From the NCBI GenBank assembly GCA_035529595.1, contig DATKWK010000035.1:177067-241066 (forward strand): a stretch of 64,000 nt of DNA, written 5' to 3'. Position numbers and translations under genes: made by a program. Within the stretch, counting starts at the first letter, position 1. Every line of letters starts with the position of its first letter. Positions 9,412-18,072 of the stretch are shown in pieces. The DNA comes from Candidatus Bathyarchaeia archaeon. Its GTDB lineage: Bacteria > Patescibacteriota > Microgenomatia > PFEM01 > JAFGMK01. The notes beneath the pieces were generated by a model. That model was not told the origin of the DNA, did no database searches, and saw only the letters and a program-made list of their open reading frames with translations.

Positions 9412-10566
9412 TTAACCGACCCAATATCCCTGACTAAAAAGAAATTGGCAGATAAAAAGCAATATAAACAAGATAAACGAAAAAATCTTTCCAATAAGAG
9501 GATGCTCCTTATGAAATAAGGATAAACCAATAAAAGCCGGAAAAAGAACCAGCACATATCGGGGAAAGGAAGAAAGAGTTCCTGTCAGAGTCGGTATTAG
9601 GTAGGCAAAAAAAGCAAAAATTAAATATGAGTAATTGACCTTCTTAAAATAAGCAAGAATTAAAAGCGCTAAAAACAAAAGTGCCGATAATAATTCGAAC
9701 CAAACATTGAAATATACGAGACTATTTTTTTGGCAGCTGATTACCATCTTCAGGTAGCGCCAGAAAACCTGGTAAAGAAGGACCATTTTACCTCCCGATC
9801 TCTGGGCGCCAAAGTTCGACTGAACATGAACGAACATTAAAGAATCCTGATAATTATTACTTAAATATTTCATATAACTAACCAGCCCTAAAGGAGAAAT
9901 CAAAATCAGCCAAAGAGACAGGAAAAGATAACCGACTTTTAGTTTTTGTCCTCTTTTCTGCTGCTGCCACAGTTCAAAGAGCAAGGCCGGGATTAAAAAA
10001 ATACCGACCAACCTGGTAGCGGACGCTAGGGCAATAGCCAAGGGCACGAGCAGCCATAGTCTCTTTCTGGCCCAGTAAAAAGCCAGCAAAGTCAGAAAGA
10101 GAAAGATAGATTCCGTGTAAACGGCAGTAAAAAAAAATGAGGTCGGAAAAAGAACCAGAAAGAAAATGGTATGTATTGCTTCTTCCTTCGACCAATCCAG
10201 CAAGACTAAATTATAAAGCAGGTATAAAACACCCAATAATGATATTGATGAAATCAAAAAACCGGCCAGAAGATATTGGCCGGCCAGAATTTTCCCGATA
10301 AAACCGATCAGCTTCGGATAAAAGGGAAAGAAAGCCTGTTGATAAAGGCCGTAACCCCGCTGGGCGATCTGTAAATAATGAATTCCGTCAAAATTTGCCC
10401 AAGACTGTAACCACTTTGGCTGTTGGCCTTTTTCCGAGTAAAGATAACCATCCTTATTGGCTATCAACTTCGAGCTTACCTGGAAATTAATAAAAACCAG
10501 CAGTTGAAAGAACAACCAAGCAAAAAGAATCAACCGGTATTTACCTTTGCTGATACACTTTTTCAT
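9412..10566 (-). CDS. polytopic membrane protein, PIG-V/GT76-like mannosyltransferase family (GT-C)
   Basis: ORF 9412..10662. Probable start is ATG 10566 (MKKCISKGKYRLILFAWLFF...), avoiding a 120-nt overlap with the upstream gene. Motifs WANFDGIHYLQIAQRGY and AFFPFYP resemble Mannosyltransferase (PIG-V) family signatures. Paralog of 45165..46313. Confidence 0.45.
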   Translation of the reverse strand: MKKCISKGKYRLILFAWLFFQLLVFINFQVSSKLIANKDGYLYSEKGQQPKWLQSWANFDGIHYLQIAQRGYGLYQQAFFPFYPKLIGFIGKILAGQYLLAGFLISSISLLGVLYLLYNLVLLDWSKEEAIHTIFFLVLFPTSFFFTAVYTESIFLFLTLLAFYWARKRLWLLVPLAIALASATRLVGIFLIPALLFELWQQQKRGQKLKVGYLFLSLWLILISPLGLVSYMKYLSNNYQDSLMFVHVQSNFGAQRSGGKMVLLYQVFWRYLKMVISCQKNSLVYFNVWFELLSALLFLALLILAYFKKVNYSYLIFAFFAYLIPTLTGTLSSFPRYVLVLFPAFIGLSLFHKEHPLIGKIFSFILFILLFICQFLFSQGYWVG

Positions 10567-11593
10567 AGATTTCAATAGTCTTTCTGGCCGTCTTGATCCA
10601 GGAAAAGTTACTTGCCTGCCGAAAACCTTTCTCAACCAGTTTTTTTCTGAGTGCCAAATCATTTAAAACTAATTTTAATCCTCTGGCAAGACCGTCAGGT
10701 TTGGGATTAACTAAAACAGCCGCTTTTCCGCAGACTTCAGGCAAACTGGAGCGATTACTGGAAACCACTGGGCAGCCACACCTCATTGCTTCCAAAAGCG
10801 GCAGGCCAAAACCTTCATAAAAAGACGGCTGGCAATAAACTGAGGCTAAATTATAGATCGCCACCAAATCTTTGGTGGGAACAAAACCAAGGCGGATAAC
10901 TCCTTTATTATCTCCGTAAACTTTAATCAATAGCGCCAGCGGCTGATTCTCAGGATGGTCGGGGTTAAAATCGGACTGTACTGCCTGCTTTCCGATAATT
11001 ACTACCGGCATTTTAATTTCTAAACAAGCCTTAATCAGACCTAAAACATTTTTGTTATAATTAACATCGCCAACGTATAAGACAAACGATGGTGGTAAAC
11101 GGTATTTTTCTCTGATCGCAGCAAGTACTGCTTTATTACCCAGAGGTCGAAAATCTTCATCAGGAGCCAGGTAAACAATAAATATCTTATTGGCCGGTAT
11201 TTTCAGAAATCTTAAAATATCCCTTTTAGACGAGTACGAATCGGTTATTACCGCTTTGGTATTTTTTAAAGATAACTTTTGCAGGCCGAATTTGATCTTA
11301 CCTCTTATGCCCGGCGGATACTGGACTGGGAAAACTAAAGGAATCAGGTCGTGAATCGTAACTACAGTCTTGACACGCTTAACAACCGGTAAAGTCAGAA
11401 AAAAAAGATCAAAAAACGGATAATGGATCAAGTCAGCTTGACTAATCAACCGTCTATCTTTATCGGATATCAAAAAAAATCGATTTTGACAATCTACTTT
11501 TTGAAGGTTATCGACTAACTTTTGCGTATATTTTCCAATACCACGATAACGGTGACCGGACTTTAATGGTGAAATATCTACAGCAATATTCAT
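10541..11593 (-). CDS. glycosyltransferase family 4 (GT-B, RfaG-like)
   Basis: ORF 10541..11638; probable start ATG 11593 (MNIAVDISPL...), 3 nt after the upstream stop. C-terminal EGFGLPLLEAMRCGCPVVSSNRSSLPEV is the GT4 E-x7-E motif region. Confidence 0.8.
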   Translation of the reverse strand: MNIAVDISPLKSGHRYRGIGKYTQKLVDNLQKVDCQNRFFLISDKDRRLISQADLIHYPFFDLFFLTLPVVKRVKTVVTIHDLIPLVFPVQYPPGIRGKIKFGLQKLSLKNTKAVITDSYSSKRDILRFLKIPANKIFIVYLAPDEDFRPLGNKAVLAAIREKYRLPPSFVLYVGDVNYNKNVLGLIKACLEIKMPVVIIGKQAVQSDFNPDHPENQPLALLIKVYGDNKGVIRLGFVPTKDLVAIYNLASVYCQPSFYEGFGLPLLEAMRCGCPVVSSNRSSLPEVCGKAAVLVNPKPDGLARGLKLVLNDLALRKKLVEKGFRQASNFSWIKTARKTIEIYEKVYQQR

Positions 11594-13128
11594 ATCTTTT
11601 CTCCCAGCTTTTCGATTCTTGTTGCTCCGATCTCCCATTCTTCAACCGCGGCTGAAAAATTATTTCTCCATTCGATAAACCAGTTTTTTTGCGACTCATA
11701 AGGCTCGATGATTAAATAAACAAATTCGCTTTTCTTAACCGGCAGTAAAGCGTCCGCTTCCTTTTTACCGGCAACGTAAATGGGCTTACCGGATAAGTAT
11801 ACGTATTCCTCCGGTACGTAGCCGTATTTATTTTTGGCACGCCACCAGATAAGGTATTGGTAGGGATAATCATAAACGTAAGGGGCAAAAGTATAAACAT
11901 TGAATCCTTTGCCGGCAGCATTCTGATATATTCGATCAATAACCTGAATCCTATTTCTCAGATTGGCAGGATCGGAAGAGAGGGTTTTTTCAAGTGGAAA
12001 TGGCCAATATTGCCGGATACTAAATCCTAACCAGTAAAACAGGAGTATTATACTTAGTACTTTTGAAAAACGGCCTTTTTTATAAAGGACCGCCAAAGAT
12101 ACACCAATCAAGGTTACCATCATGGCACTAACGGCATTTAAATACCAAGGCCATATTTCGAAAGGCGCCATATTAAGACAAAATAGAACTACCGCTAAAA
12201 GAACCAGGCTGGTAAGAAACAGTGAAAATACTTCTTTATTTTTCGGCTTATTTTTAAGATATGAATTCAAAACAATCCAGGCTATCAGAAAAAGAAAAAT
12301 ATAAGCTAATAGCTTGCTTCTGCCTGCCGAATCCAAAAAAATATTGTACCAGATCGGAAAGCGACTCAGGAAACGCGCTTTCGGACTCATCTGCGAGATG
12401 CTCAAAGATCCAGTTTTTCCTTCTATTAGCGGTATGATCGATTTCGTCTGAATAAAATCATGACGTAAGTCGAAAATCAGCTGAGGGATAAAGGGAAGGA
12501 GAAAAAATGGCAAAAATGATCTATGTATCCAGATTGATTTTATTTTTCCATTAATTAAAAAAAGCAACAGGACAGCCGGAACCAAGGAAGCAGCTATCAC
12601 AAAATTAAAATGGAAGCCTGAAGCCAGCAAAAACAAAGATAAAGCCAGCCACAGTTTCCGGCCACAATTCATGTATCGGCTCAAGCATAAAATAATAACA
12701 GGAACGATATAAACCATTGGATTCGTATTCAGGGCAATAGTGGTATTGATAAAAAAAGGCCAAGAAAAACTATAAGTAAGAACGAAAACCGTGGCGATTT
12801 CTTTATCGTCTAAAATCTTCAAGAAGAAAAAAGGCAACAAAACCGAAAACAAGATTAATGGTCCTAAAGAGCTTAAAGGGTGCCCGCCTGTCAAAATATA
12901 GAAAGGCAAAATTAAGTAATACCAAAAAGGACCATAGAAAAGACCGTGCAGCGAAGTCGTTGGACCAATCAGTGGCGGTCTTTTATATATTACTGTCCTT
13001 CTGATATCAAGCAAATCGCGACCCTGATCATAAGTAATAGGGGCAGAATGCCGCCATATAAAAACTAAACGGAATATCAGGCTTATCAATACGAGCACTA
13101 ACAACCAAAAAGAGTATTTCCTGATCAT
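11590..13128 (-). CDS. GT-C-like polytopic membrane glycosyltransferase (ArnT/PMT-related, TYDQGRD loop motif family)
   Basis: 512 aa, more than 10 TM helices; first periplasmic loop TYDQGRDLLDIRR...GPTTSLHGLFYGPFWYY parallels the ArnT PDEARYAEISREM loop. Paralogs at 21548..23122 and 42921..44405. Confidence 0.5.
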   Translation of the reverse strand: MIRKYSFWLLVLVLISLIFRLVFIWRHSAPITYDQGRDLLDIRRTVIYKRPPLIGPTTSLHGLFYGPFWYYLILPFYILTGGHPLSSLGPLILFSVLLPFFFLKILDDKEIATVFVLTYSFSWPFFINTTIALNTNPMVYIVPVIILCLSRYMNCGRKLWLALSLFLLASGFHFNFVIAASLVPAVLLLFLINGKIKSIWIHRSFLPFFLLPFIPQLIFDLRHDFIQTKSIIPLIEGKTGSLSISQMSPKARFLSRFPIWYNIFLDSAGRSKLLAYIFLFLIAWIVLNSYLKNKPKNKEVFSLFLTSLVLLAVVLFCLNMAPFEIWPWYLNAVSAMMVTLIGVSLAVLYKKGRFSKVLSIILLFYWLGFSIRQYWPFPLEKTLSSDPANLRNRIQVIDRIYQNAAGKGFNVYTFAPYVYDYPYQYLIWWRAKNKYGYVPEEYVYLSGKPIYVAGKKEADALLPVKKSEFVYLIIEPYESQKNWFIEWRNNFSAAVEEWEIGATRIEKLGEKI

Positions 13129-13129
13129 A

Positions 13130-13939
13130 CTATAACCAATCTTGTTTTATATCCCTTACCCTGCCGGATCTCTTCATTTCCCAATACTTAACATAGGCGA
13201 GCAGGTAATGAAGCCCGGAAAAAAGCGAAAAAACAAAACCGGGAAAGCCGTCTCTGAAACCCTGATGCCGAACGAATAAAGAAAAAAAAGTGGAAATAGG
13301 TTTCAGAAACAAATATTGAAACGAATTAAATAAATTTATTTTCAATTTTCTCTCAGCCATAGATTGAGCCTCGAGCGATGAATAGCGGTTCTCACGGGTT
13401 AAGTATCGAGTAAAGGTCGGACTAGAAAGGTGAACAAGATCGTTTTTCAACCACCCTAATCGGCCGTCGACTTCTATTTGCTCGTGAACACTGACTTCAG
13501 GATGTTTACCTTTCCCTTTTTCAAAAAACCTGATTACCGGATCCGGGTATTGGCCGCCTTTCTTCAGAAAGCCCGTTAAGAAGAAGTTTTTTCTTTTAAT
13601 CCAAAAACCAACCGGGTCCCCTTTTTCCCGCTTCCGATGGGCAACTCTTCTAATTTCCTGTCCCAGTTCCGGACTTACCCGTTCATCGGCGTCCAAAACC
13701 AAAATCCAGTTTCCGGTACAAGCTTCGACTGCCCGGTTTTTATTTATATGAAACATCGGCCGGTTTTTGGTTTTAATTACGCGCGCCCCCAGCCCTTGGG
13801 CAATCTGCCTGGTTTGATCTTGTGAGGCACCGTCAACAACCACAATTTCATCGGCAAAAGACTTAACCGACCTAAGGCAATCAGCAATATTGGCCTCTTC
13901 ATTAAAAGTCGCTATCGCAACCGATATTTTGCCCATCAT
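13130..13939 (-). CDS. glycosyltransferase family 2 (three-copy paralog family A)
   Basis: 269 aa; ISVAIATFNEEANIADCLRSVKSFADEIVVVDGASQDQTRQIAQGLGARV...WILVLDADERV. Paralogs at 26509..27282 and 31243..32157 share the same order of motifs. Confidence 0.7.
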   Translation of the reverse strand: MMGKISVAIATFNEEANIADCLRSVKSFADEIVVVDGASQDQTRQIAQGLGARVIKTKNRPMFHINKNRAVEACTGNWILVLDADERVSPELGQEIRRVAHRKREKGDPVGFWIKRKNFFLTGFLKKGGQYPDPVIRFFEKGKGKHPEVSVHEQIEVDGRLGWLKNDLVHLSSPTFTRYLTRENRYSSLEAQSMAERKLKINLFNSFQYLFLKPISTFFSLFVRHQGFRDGFPGFVFSLFSGLHYLLAYVKYWEMKRSGRVRDIKQDWL

Positions 13940-13954
13940 CTTAATGATTATACT

Positions 13955-15646
13955 TCAAAGCTCGGCAATTTCAAAAGCCGGCCGATTGTTTCTAAAGTAA
14001 ATTCGTTTGACGATGTTGGCCGAATCGGGTATTTCTTCATCGGTACCGACAATTAAGACATTCTCTTGATCCTTAAGCTTCTCCCAATCGATTTCCTCAA
14101 AATGAAAATTGTCAAAGTCACGGACTGTCGAAAAACCAAACTTATCCCGCGGAGTTAAAACAGCCTCTTTCTGAAAAACCGCCGGCGGGTATTTCAGATA
14201 AAACAGAAACAAAATATAAGGCTGATCATATTTATCGGTAACCAGGATTTTCCGGTATTGATTATGTATTGGTTCTAAATAGCTTACCAATTCTTTCATC
14301 CCGTATTCCCAAACTTGGGGTGAATTAATCGGATAGTCTGCCAGATAGCTTTTCAGAAAATACCCGAGCTGCCAAAAATAAACTGAAATCACTACCAATA
14401 ATAGAATTAAAATTTTCCCTTTAGCCGCTCCGGGACCGGGATTACATATACGATCGGGTATCGAAGATTTTAAGGAAAGCAAAAATCGATATATTCCATA
14501 AGCGACAATTAACAGGAAAGGAACTACCATCGAATGAGAACGAAGTGCATGGGGCGATTGAAGCGTCAAAGACGCCGGCAATGGCGCTATCATCAGCCAA
14601 GCCGTTAAGAATCCAAAAGATGTCTTTCTCTCCCTTAAGATAAAAAAAGCGCCGAGAACAAAAAAAAGCAGATCCAAATAATAAAACTGGCCGATTCCCG
14701 GACAATTACTGCGGACTATCGGATCGCCGCTGATGAATAAGAAATCACCTCCAAAATGACTTGACCAATTTGCTAAAATTTTAATCAGATACGACAGCGG
14801 CCGGTTGTGAAGGATCTTGACCCAAAAAGCGTCCATATCCGGTCCATGTTCACCCCGAAGACGGTTCGTATTCCAAAATGGACCGATGTCTCCGGTTATT
14901 CCGACTCCGGAAAAACGGGCCAAGGCGCCTCCTTTCAAGAAACTTAGCAAGAGGGGAAAAGACAATAAGAATCCGATTACCAACCAGATTGCCAATTTGG
15001 ATTTTTGCAGAAAAAATATTTTTCTATTCAGCCAGATTAAAAGCAACAGCAATAAAGGGGCAAGAATCCTGGAACTGTGATAAACATAAGCGGAAACAAC
15101 AAATGCAACCAGGGAACAAACATAATCAGAGAAACGATTGCGACTAACTCCTTTCACGAATAACCAAGTACCAAGAATCAGAAAGGCAGTCGCTACATTT
15201 GTTTCCCAGGCGCCCCGGGAAAACTGAATATGCCACGGAGAAATTGCCAGCATCAAGGCAGCAATTTCCGGATAAGAAAATTGGATTCGGGAAATAAGAT
15301 TTCCCGGTACCGGAATCAGCTGCCGGGCCAAAAGAAAGATCAGATAAACGGACCAGACACCAAAAATCACCGATGGTAACCTGACAGCCGGTTCGCTTAA
15401 GCCCAAAAGTTTAACAAAAGGCAAGGCTAAATAAAAATAGCCGCCCGGTTTGTAATCGTTAAATGACCGAAAGTGCAGCGGCCAAAAATTTCCATGCTCA
15501 TCTCTCCCGGTCGTAATAAGGGAGTAATCATTATACCCAATTGCCGCCTCATCGGCATTAAAACCATGAGGAACTAATCCGATTTGATAGATCCTTAGAA
15601 AAGAAGCAAGAATAATGATTAATAAAATAGCCCAATTCTTTGTCAT
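13955..15646 (-). CDS. PMT_2/GT39-like phospholipid-carrier-dependent glycosyltransferase (GT-C)
   Basis: 563 aa; loop-1 motif FNADEAAIGYNDYSLITTGRDEHGNFWPLHF...GGYFYLALP matches the DE-containing catalytic loop of the Pmt/ArnT family; more than 10 TM helices plus C-terminal soluble domain. First of four tandem paralogs. Confidence 0.6.
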   Translation of the reverse strand: MTKNWAILLIIILASFLRIYQIGLVPHGFNADEAAIGYNDYSLITTGRDEHGNFWPLHFRSFNDYKPGGYFYLALPFVKLLGLSEPAVRLPSVIFGVWSVYLIFLLARQLIPVPGNLISRIQFSYPEIAALMLAISPWHIQFSRGAWETNVATAFLILGTWLFVKGVSRNRFSDYVCSLVAFVVSAYVYHSSRILAPLLLLLLIWLNRKIFFLQKSKLAIWLVIGFLLSFPLLLSFLKGGALARFSGVGITGDIGPFWNTNRLRGEHGPDMDAFWVKILHNRPLSYLIKILANWSSHFGGDFLFISGDPIVRSNCPGIGQFYYLDLLFFVLGAFFILRERKTSFGFLTAWLMIAPLPASLTLQSPHALRSHSMVVPFLLIVAYGIYRFLLSLKSSIPDRICNPGPGAAKGKILILLLVVISVYFWQLGYFLKSYLADYPINSPQVWEYGMKELVSYLEPIHNQYRKILVTDKYDQPYILFLFYLKYPPAVFQKEAVLTPRDKFGFSTVRDFDNFHFEEIDWEKLKDQENVLIVGTDEEIPDSANIVKRIYFRNNRPAFEIAEL

Positions 15647-15647
15647 T

Positions 15648-17189
15648 TTATAAGGTTTCGACTATTCGGAAAGCCAATTCTCCGTTTAAATAGTAAATAT
15701 CTTTAAGAATTCGTGCTTGCTGAAGCTCGATGTCTGTTTCCGGGATCTCGTAAGTTGCGGCAACATAAAGTGTTTTTTTCTGAAAACGGTCAACCGGCCA
15801 ATAAAGATTCCTAAATTCTAAATTATCGTTGTCTCTCGTATTTTCAGGCGGGTTGAAAGAACAAAGGTCGTCTGAAAATCTGTTGGTATAAAAGTAATAA
15901 TAAAACTGGGCCGAAGGGTACTTGTTTGTAAAAACTACCTGATTATAAGAATGCTTTCTGTTATTGACAAAACTGACCGCTTCCCGATAACCATATTGCC
16001 AGGCTTGCGAATTAGCCACAGGTGCATGGATAAAGTAACGATCCCAGAATAGAACAAAAAGAAAAAAATAATTCAATCCCAGGCCGATTGAAAGAAAACA
16101 CCTTGCCCAGATTCGGCTTTTTCTTATTAAAAGCCCCAGGGCTAATACTCCGAAAGAGCTGATAATTACCAACGGCAAGATCAATAAATAAGCTTTCTCC
16201 GAATCAATAGCTTGACTGGAAAAAGACGCCGATAACGGAGAGACCAGGATGAGAACCCAGAGAAAACTTTGGTTTTTTATTCGTTGGTTAATCAAGAAAT
16301 AAGTACCTATTGGTAATAAAAACAAATCTAAATAGTTTAATAGCCCCAAATCAGGCAAACCGAACCTTTTTTCTTGCCAATCCCCCTCAAAAAATAGAAA
16401 CCGGGGAGAAAAATGGTTCAAATATTTAAGAAAGAAGTTTCTAAATGACTTATGAAAATCAGTGTGAAAAACAACATTCTTGATAATAGGAAAAGAAGAA
16501 TTGGCCCAGATAATAGCCAACAATCCGATTGTTAGAATAACTAAAGTATATTTTCTGAGCGATGCTTTATTAAAGAGTAAAAATTCTTTACCATAAATAA
16601 ACCAGAAACTCAAGAATGTAAGAAAAATAATCAGTCTGACTGATGTACCAACATAAAAAGCAACTATAAAACAGGTTAACGCCAACCAAAAATAGCCTTT
16701 CTTTCCCTGAATGACCCAAAAAAGAAAGATTAAACCAAAGAAAAGAAAAACTAAGTACAGATTAGCGTCGCCGGCACTATGGGAAAAATCGTAATGCCAG
16801 AACGATAAGGTCAGCCACAGACTGGCGATTGTGGCCAGCAGCCTATTTTCCCTAAATTCCGAAAAAATGTTTTTAACCAGGATATAGATAAGAAAGACGC
16901 TCAATCCGCCCAAAAACGCGGCCGGTAATCGTATAGCAAACTCAGTTGCTCCCAAAAATAACATCGGTATAACGCTAAGGTAGCTATAAAGGGATGACTG
17001 ATTAATCTGCCGGAATCTAAAAAAGGCAGTCCAGCCCTGACTACTCTTAAGCAGACATAAGGCGCGATAGCCCAAAGCTACCTCGGATGAGGAAAATCCG
17101 ACAGGTATTTGGCCTAAACGATAAAGCCTCAGACCAAAGGCAACCAAACTAATACTGATAACAATTGAAAGATATTTTCTATTTGTCAT
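15648..17189 (-). CDS. PMT_2/GT39-like GT-C paralog with degenerate DE motif (SSSE)
   Basis: 513 aa; homologous N-terminal loop reads FSSSEVALGYRALCLLKSSQGW, so the catalytic Asp of the DE motif is replaced by Ser and the GRDE(H/W)GN stretch is absent. Confidence 0.5.
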   Translation of the reverse strand: MTNRKYLSIVISISLVAFGLRLYRLGQIPVGFSSSEVALGYRALCLLKSSQGWTAFFRFRQINQSSLYSYLSVIPMLFLGATEFAIRLPAAFLGGLSVFLIYILVKNIFSEFRENRLLATIASLWLTLSFWHYDFSHSAGDANLYLVFLFFGLIFLFWVIQGKKGYFWLALTCFIVAFYVGTSVRLIIFLTFLSFWFIYGKEFLLFNKASLRKYTLVILTIGLLAIIWANSSFPIIKNVVFHTDFHKSFRNFFLKYLNHFSPRFLFFEGDWQEKRFGLPDLGLLNYLDLFLLPIGTYFLINQRIKNQSFLWVLILVSPLSASFSSQAIDSEKAYLLILPLVIISSFGVLALGLLIRKSRIWARCFLSIGLGLNYFFLFVLFWDRYFIHAPVANSQAWQYGYREAVSFVNNRKHSYNQVVFTNKYPSAQFYYYFYTNRFSDDLCSFNPPENTRDNDNLEFRNLYWPVDRFQKKTLYVAATYEIPETDIELQQARILKDIYYLNGELAFRIVETL

Positions 17190-18027
17190 TTTGACGATAC
17201 GTCAAGTCATAAACTACAAAAGCTGTTTGACCGTTGCTAGATGGAACCAGATAATCGGGTTTAATTCCAGATAGAGACTCGCCAGCTGGCCGGTTATAAA
17301 CCAAACGGCAAAAGAGGTAGTTGAAATGACCAAGACAATTAAGCCTTTTTTCCTCGATTCGGGCAACGACGCCGGGATCGGTAAAAATACTGACCTTTAA
17401 GAATCGCTCGCTACTTCCCCTAAAACCGGAGAGAACCAGCGGTATCAGCAAAACTACAAAAATAAGAGTTGCCGGCCAGATTTTTTTTAATGGTTTATTT
17501 TTAAAAATCAGGGTCAAGACGAAAAAAAGCGCCGACAAACAAAAACTTTCTTTCAGAAAGAAAGTAAAACCTGCCAAAAAAAAGAAAAGTCCTAAATTAG
17601 CTTCTAGGGCCATCCGGCTGGTTTGGATATGCCAGGGATTAATAACATAAAGAAAAGAAGCTGCCATGATAAAAACATAATTTTTCTTTCTCCCTAAACC
17701 CATACTGGTAACAATATTGATAAAAAACAAAACACTCATAGCTCCAAAGGCAGCGGAAACAAAACGCGTCGCCAATTGGTTAAGGCCAAGAAAAGAAATC
17801 GGCAACACGGAAAAATAAATATAGAGCGGTAATTTATGTTCGCCAAAAGCCTTAAATGTTAAAGGAAGCTGATTGCCCCATTCATCCCGACCGGTCTTTA
17901 ATAAGCTGAAAGCATTATAGCCAATACTGGCTTCGTCAGAGATGAAGGTCGGGAAATTACCTAATTTAATTAAATGAAGCGTAAGAGATAAGGCAAAAAG
18001 GAAAATAGCCCAACCGCATTTTTTCAT
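17179..18027 (-). CDS. truncated PMT_2/GT39-like paralog (N-terminal ~280 aa only; possible gene remnant)
   Basis: 282 aa; retains FISDEASIGYNAFSLLKTGRDEWGNQLPLTF...PLYIYFSVLP and RFLKVSIFTDPGVVARIEEKR, homologous to 18073..19752. Lacks several internal TM helices and the entire C-terminal half. 11-nt overlap with the next gene. Confidence 0.4.
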   Translation of the reverse strand: MKKCGWAIFLFALSLTLHLIKLGNFPTFISDEASIGYNAFSLLKTGRDEWGNQLPLTFKAFGEHKLPLYIYFSVLPISFLGLNQLATRFVSAAFGAMSVLFFINIVTSMGLGRKKNYVFIMAASFLYVINPWHIQTSRMALEANLGLFFFLAGFTFFLKESFCLSALFFVLTLIFKNKPLKKIWPATLIFVVLLIPLVLSGFRGSSERFLKVSIFTDPGVVARIEEKRLNCLGHFNYLFCRLVYNRPAGESLSGIKPDYLVPSSNGQTAFVVYDLTYRQNDK

Positions 18028-18072
18028 TCCTGTTTCCTCACATGATAATATGCCGGCAGAATAATAATTTTC

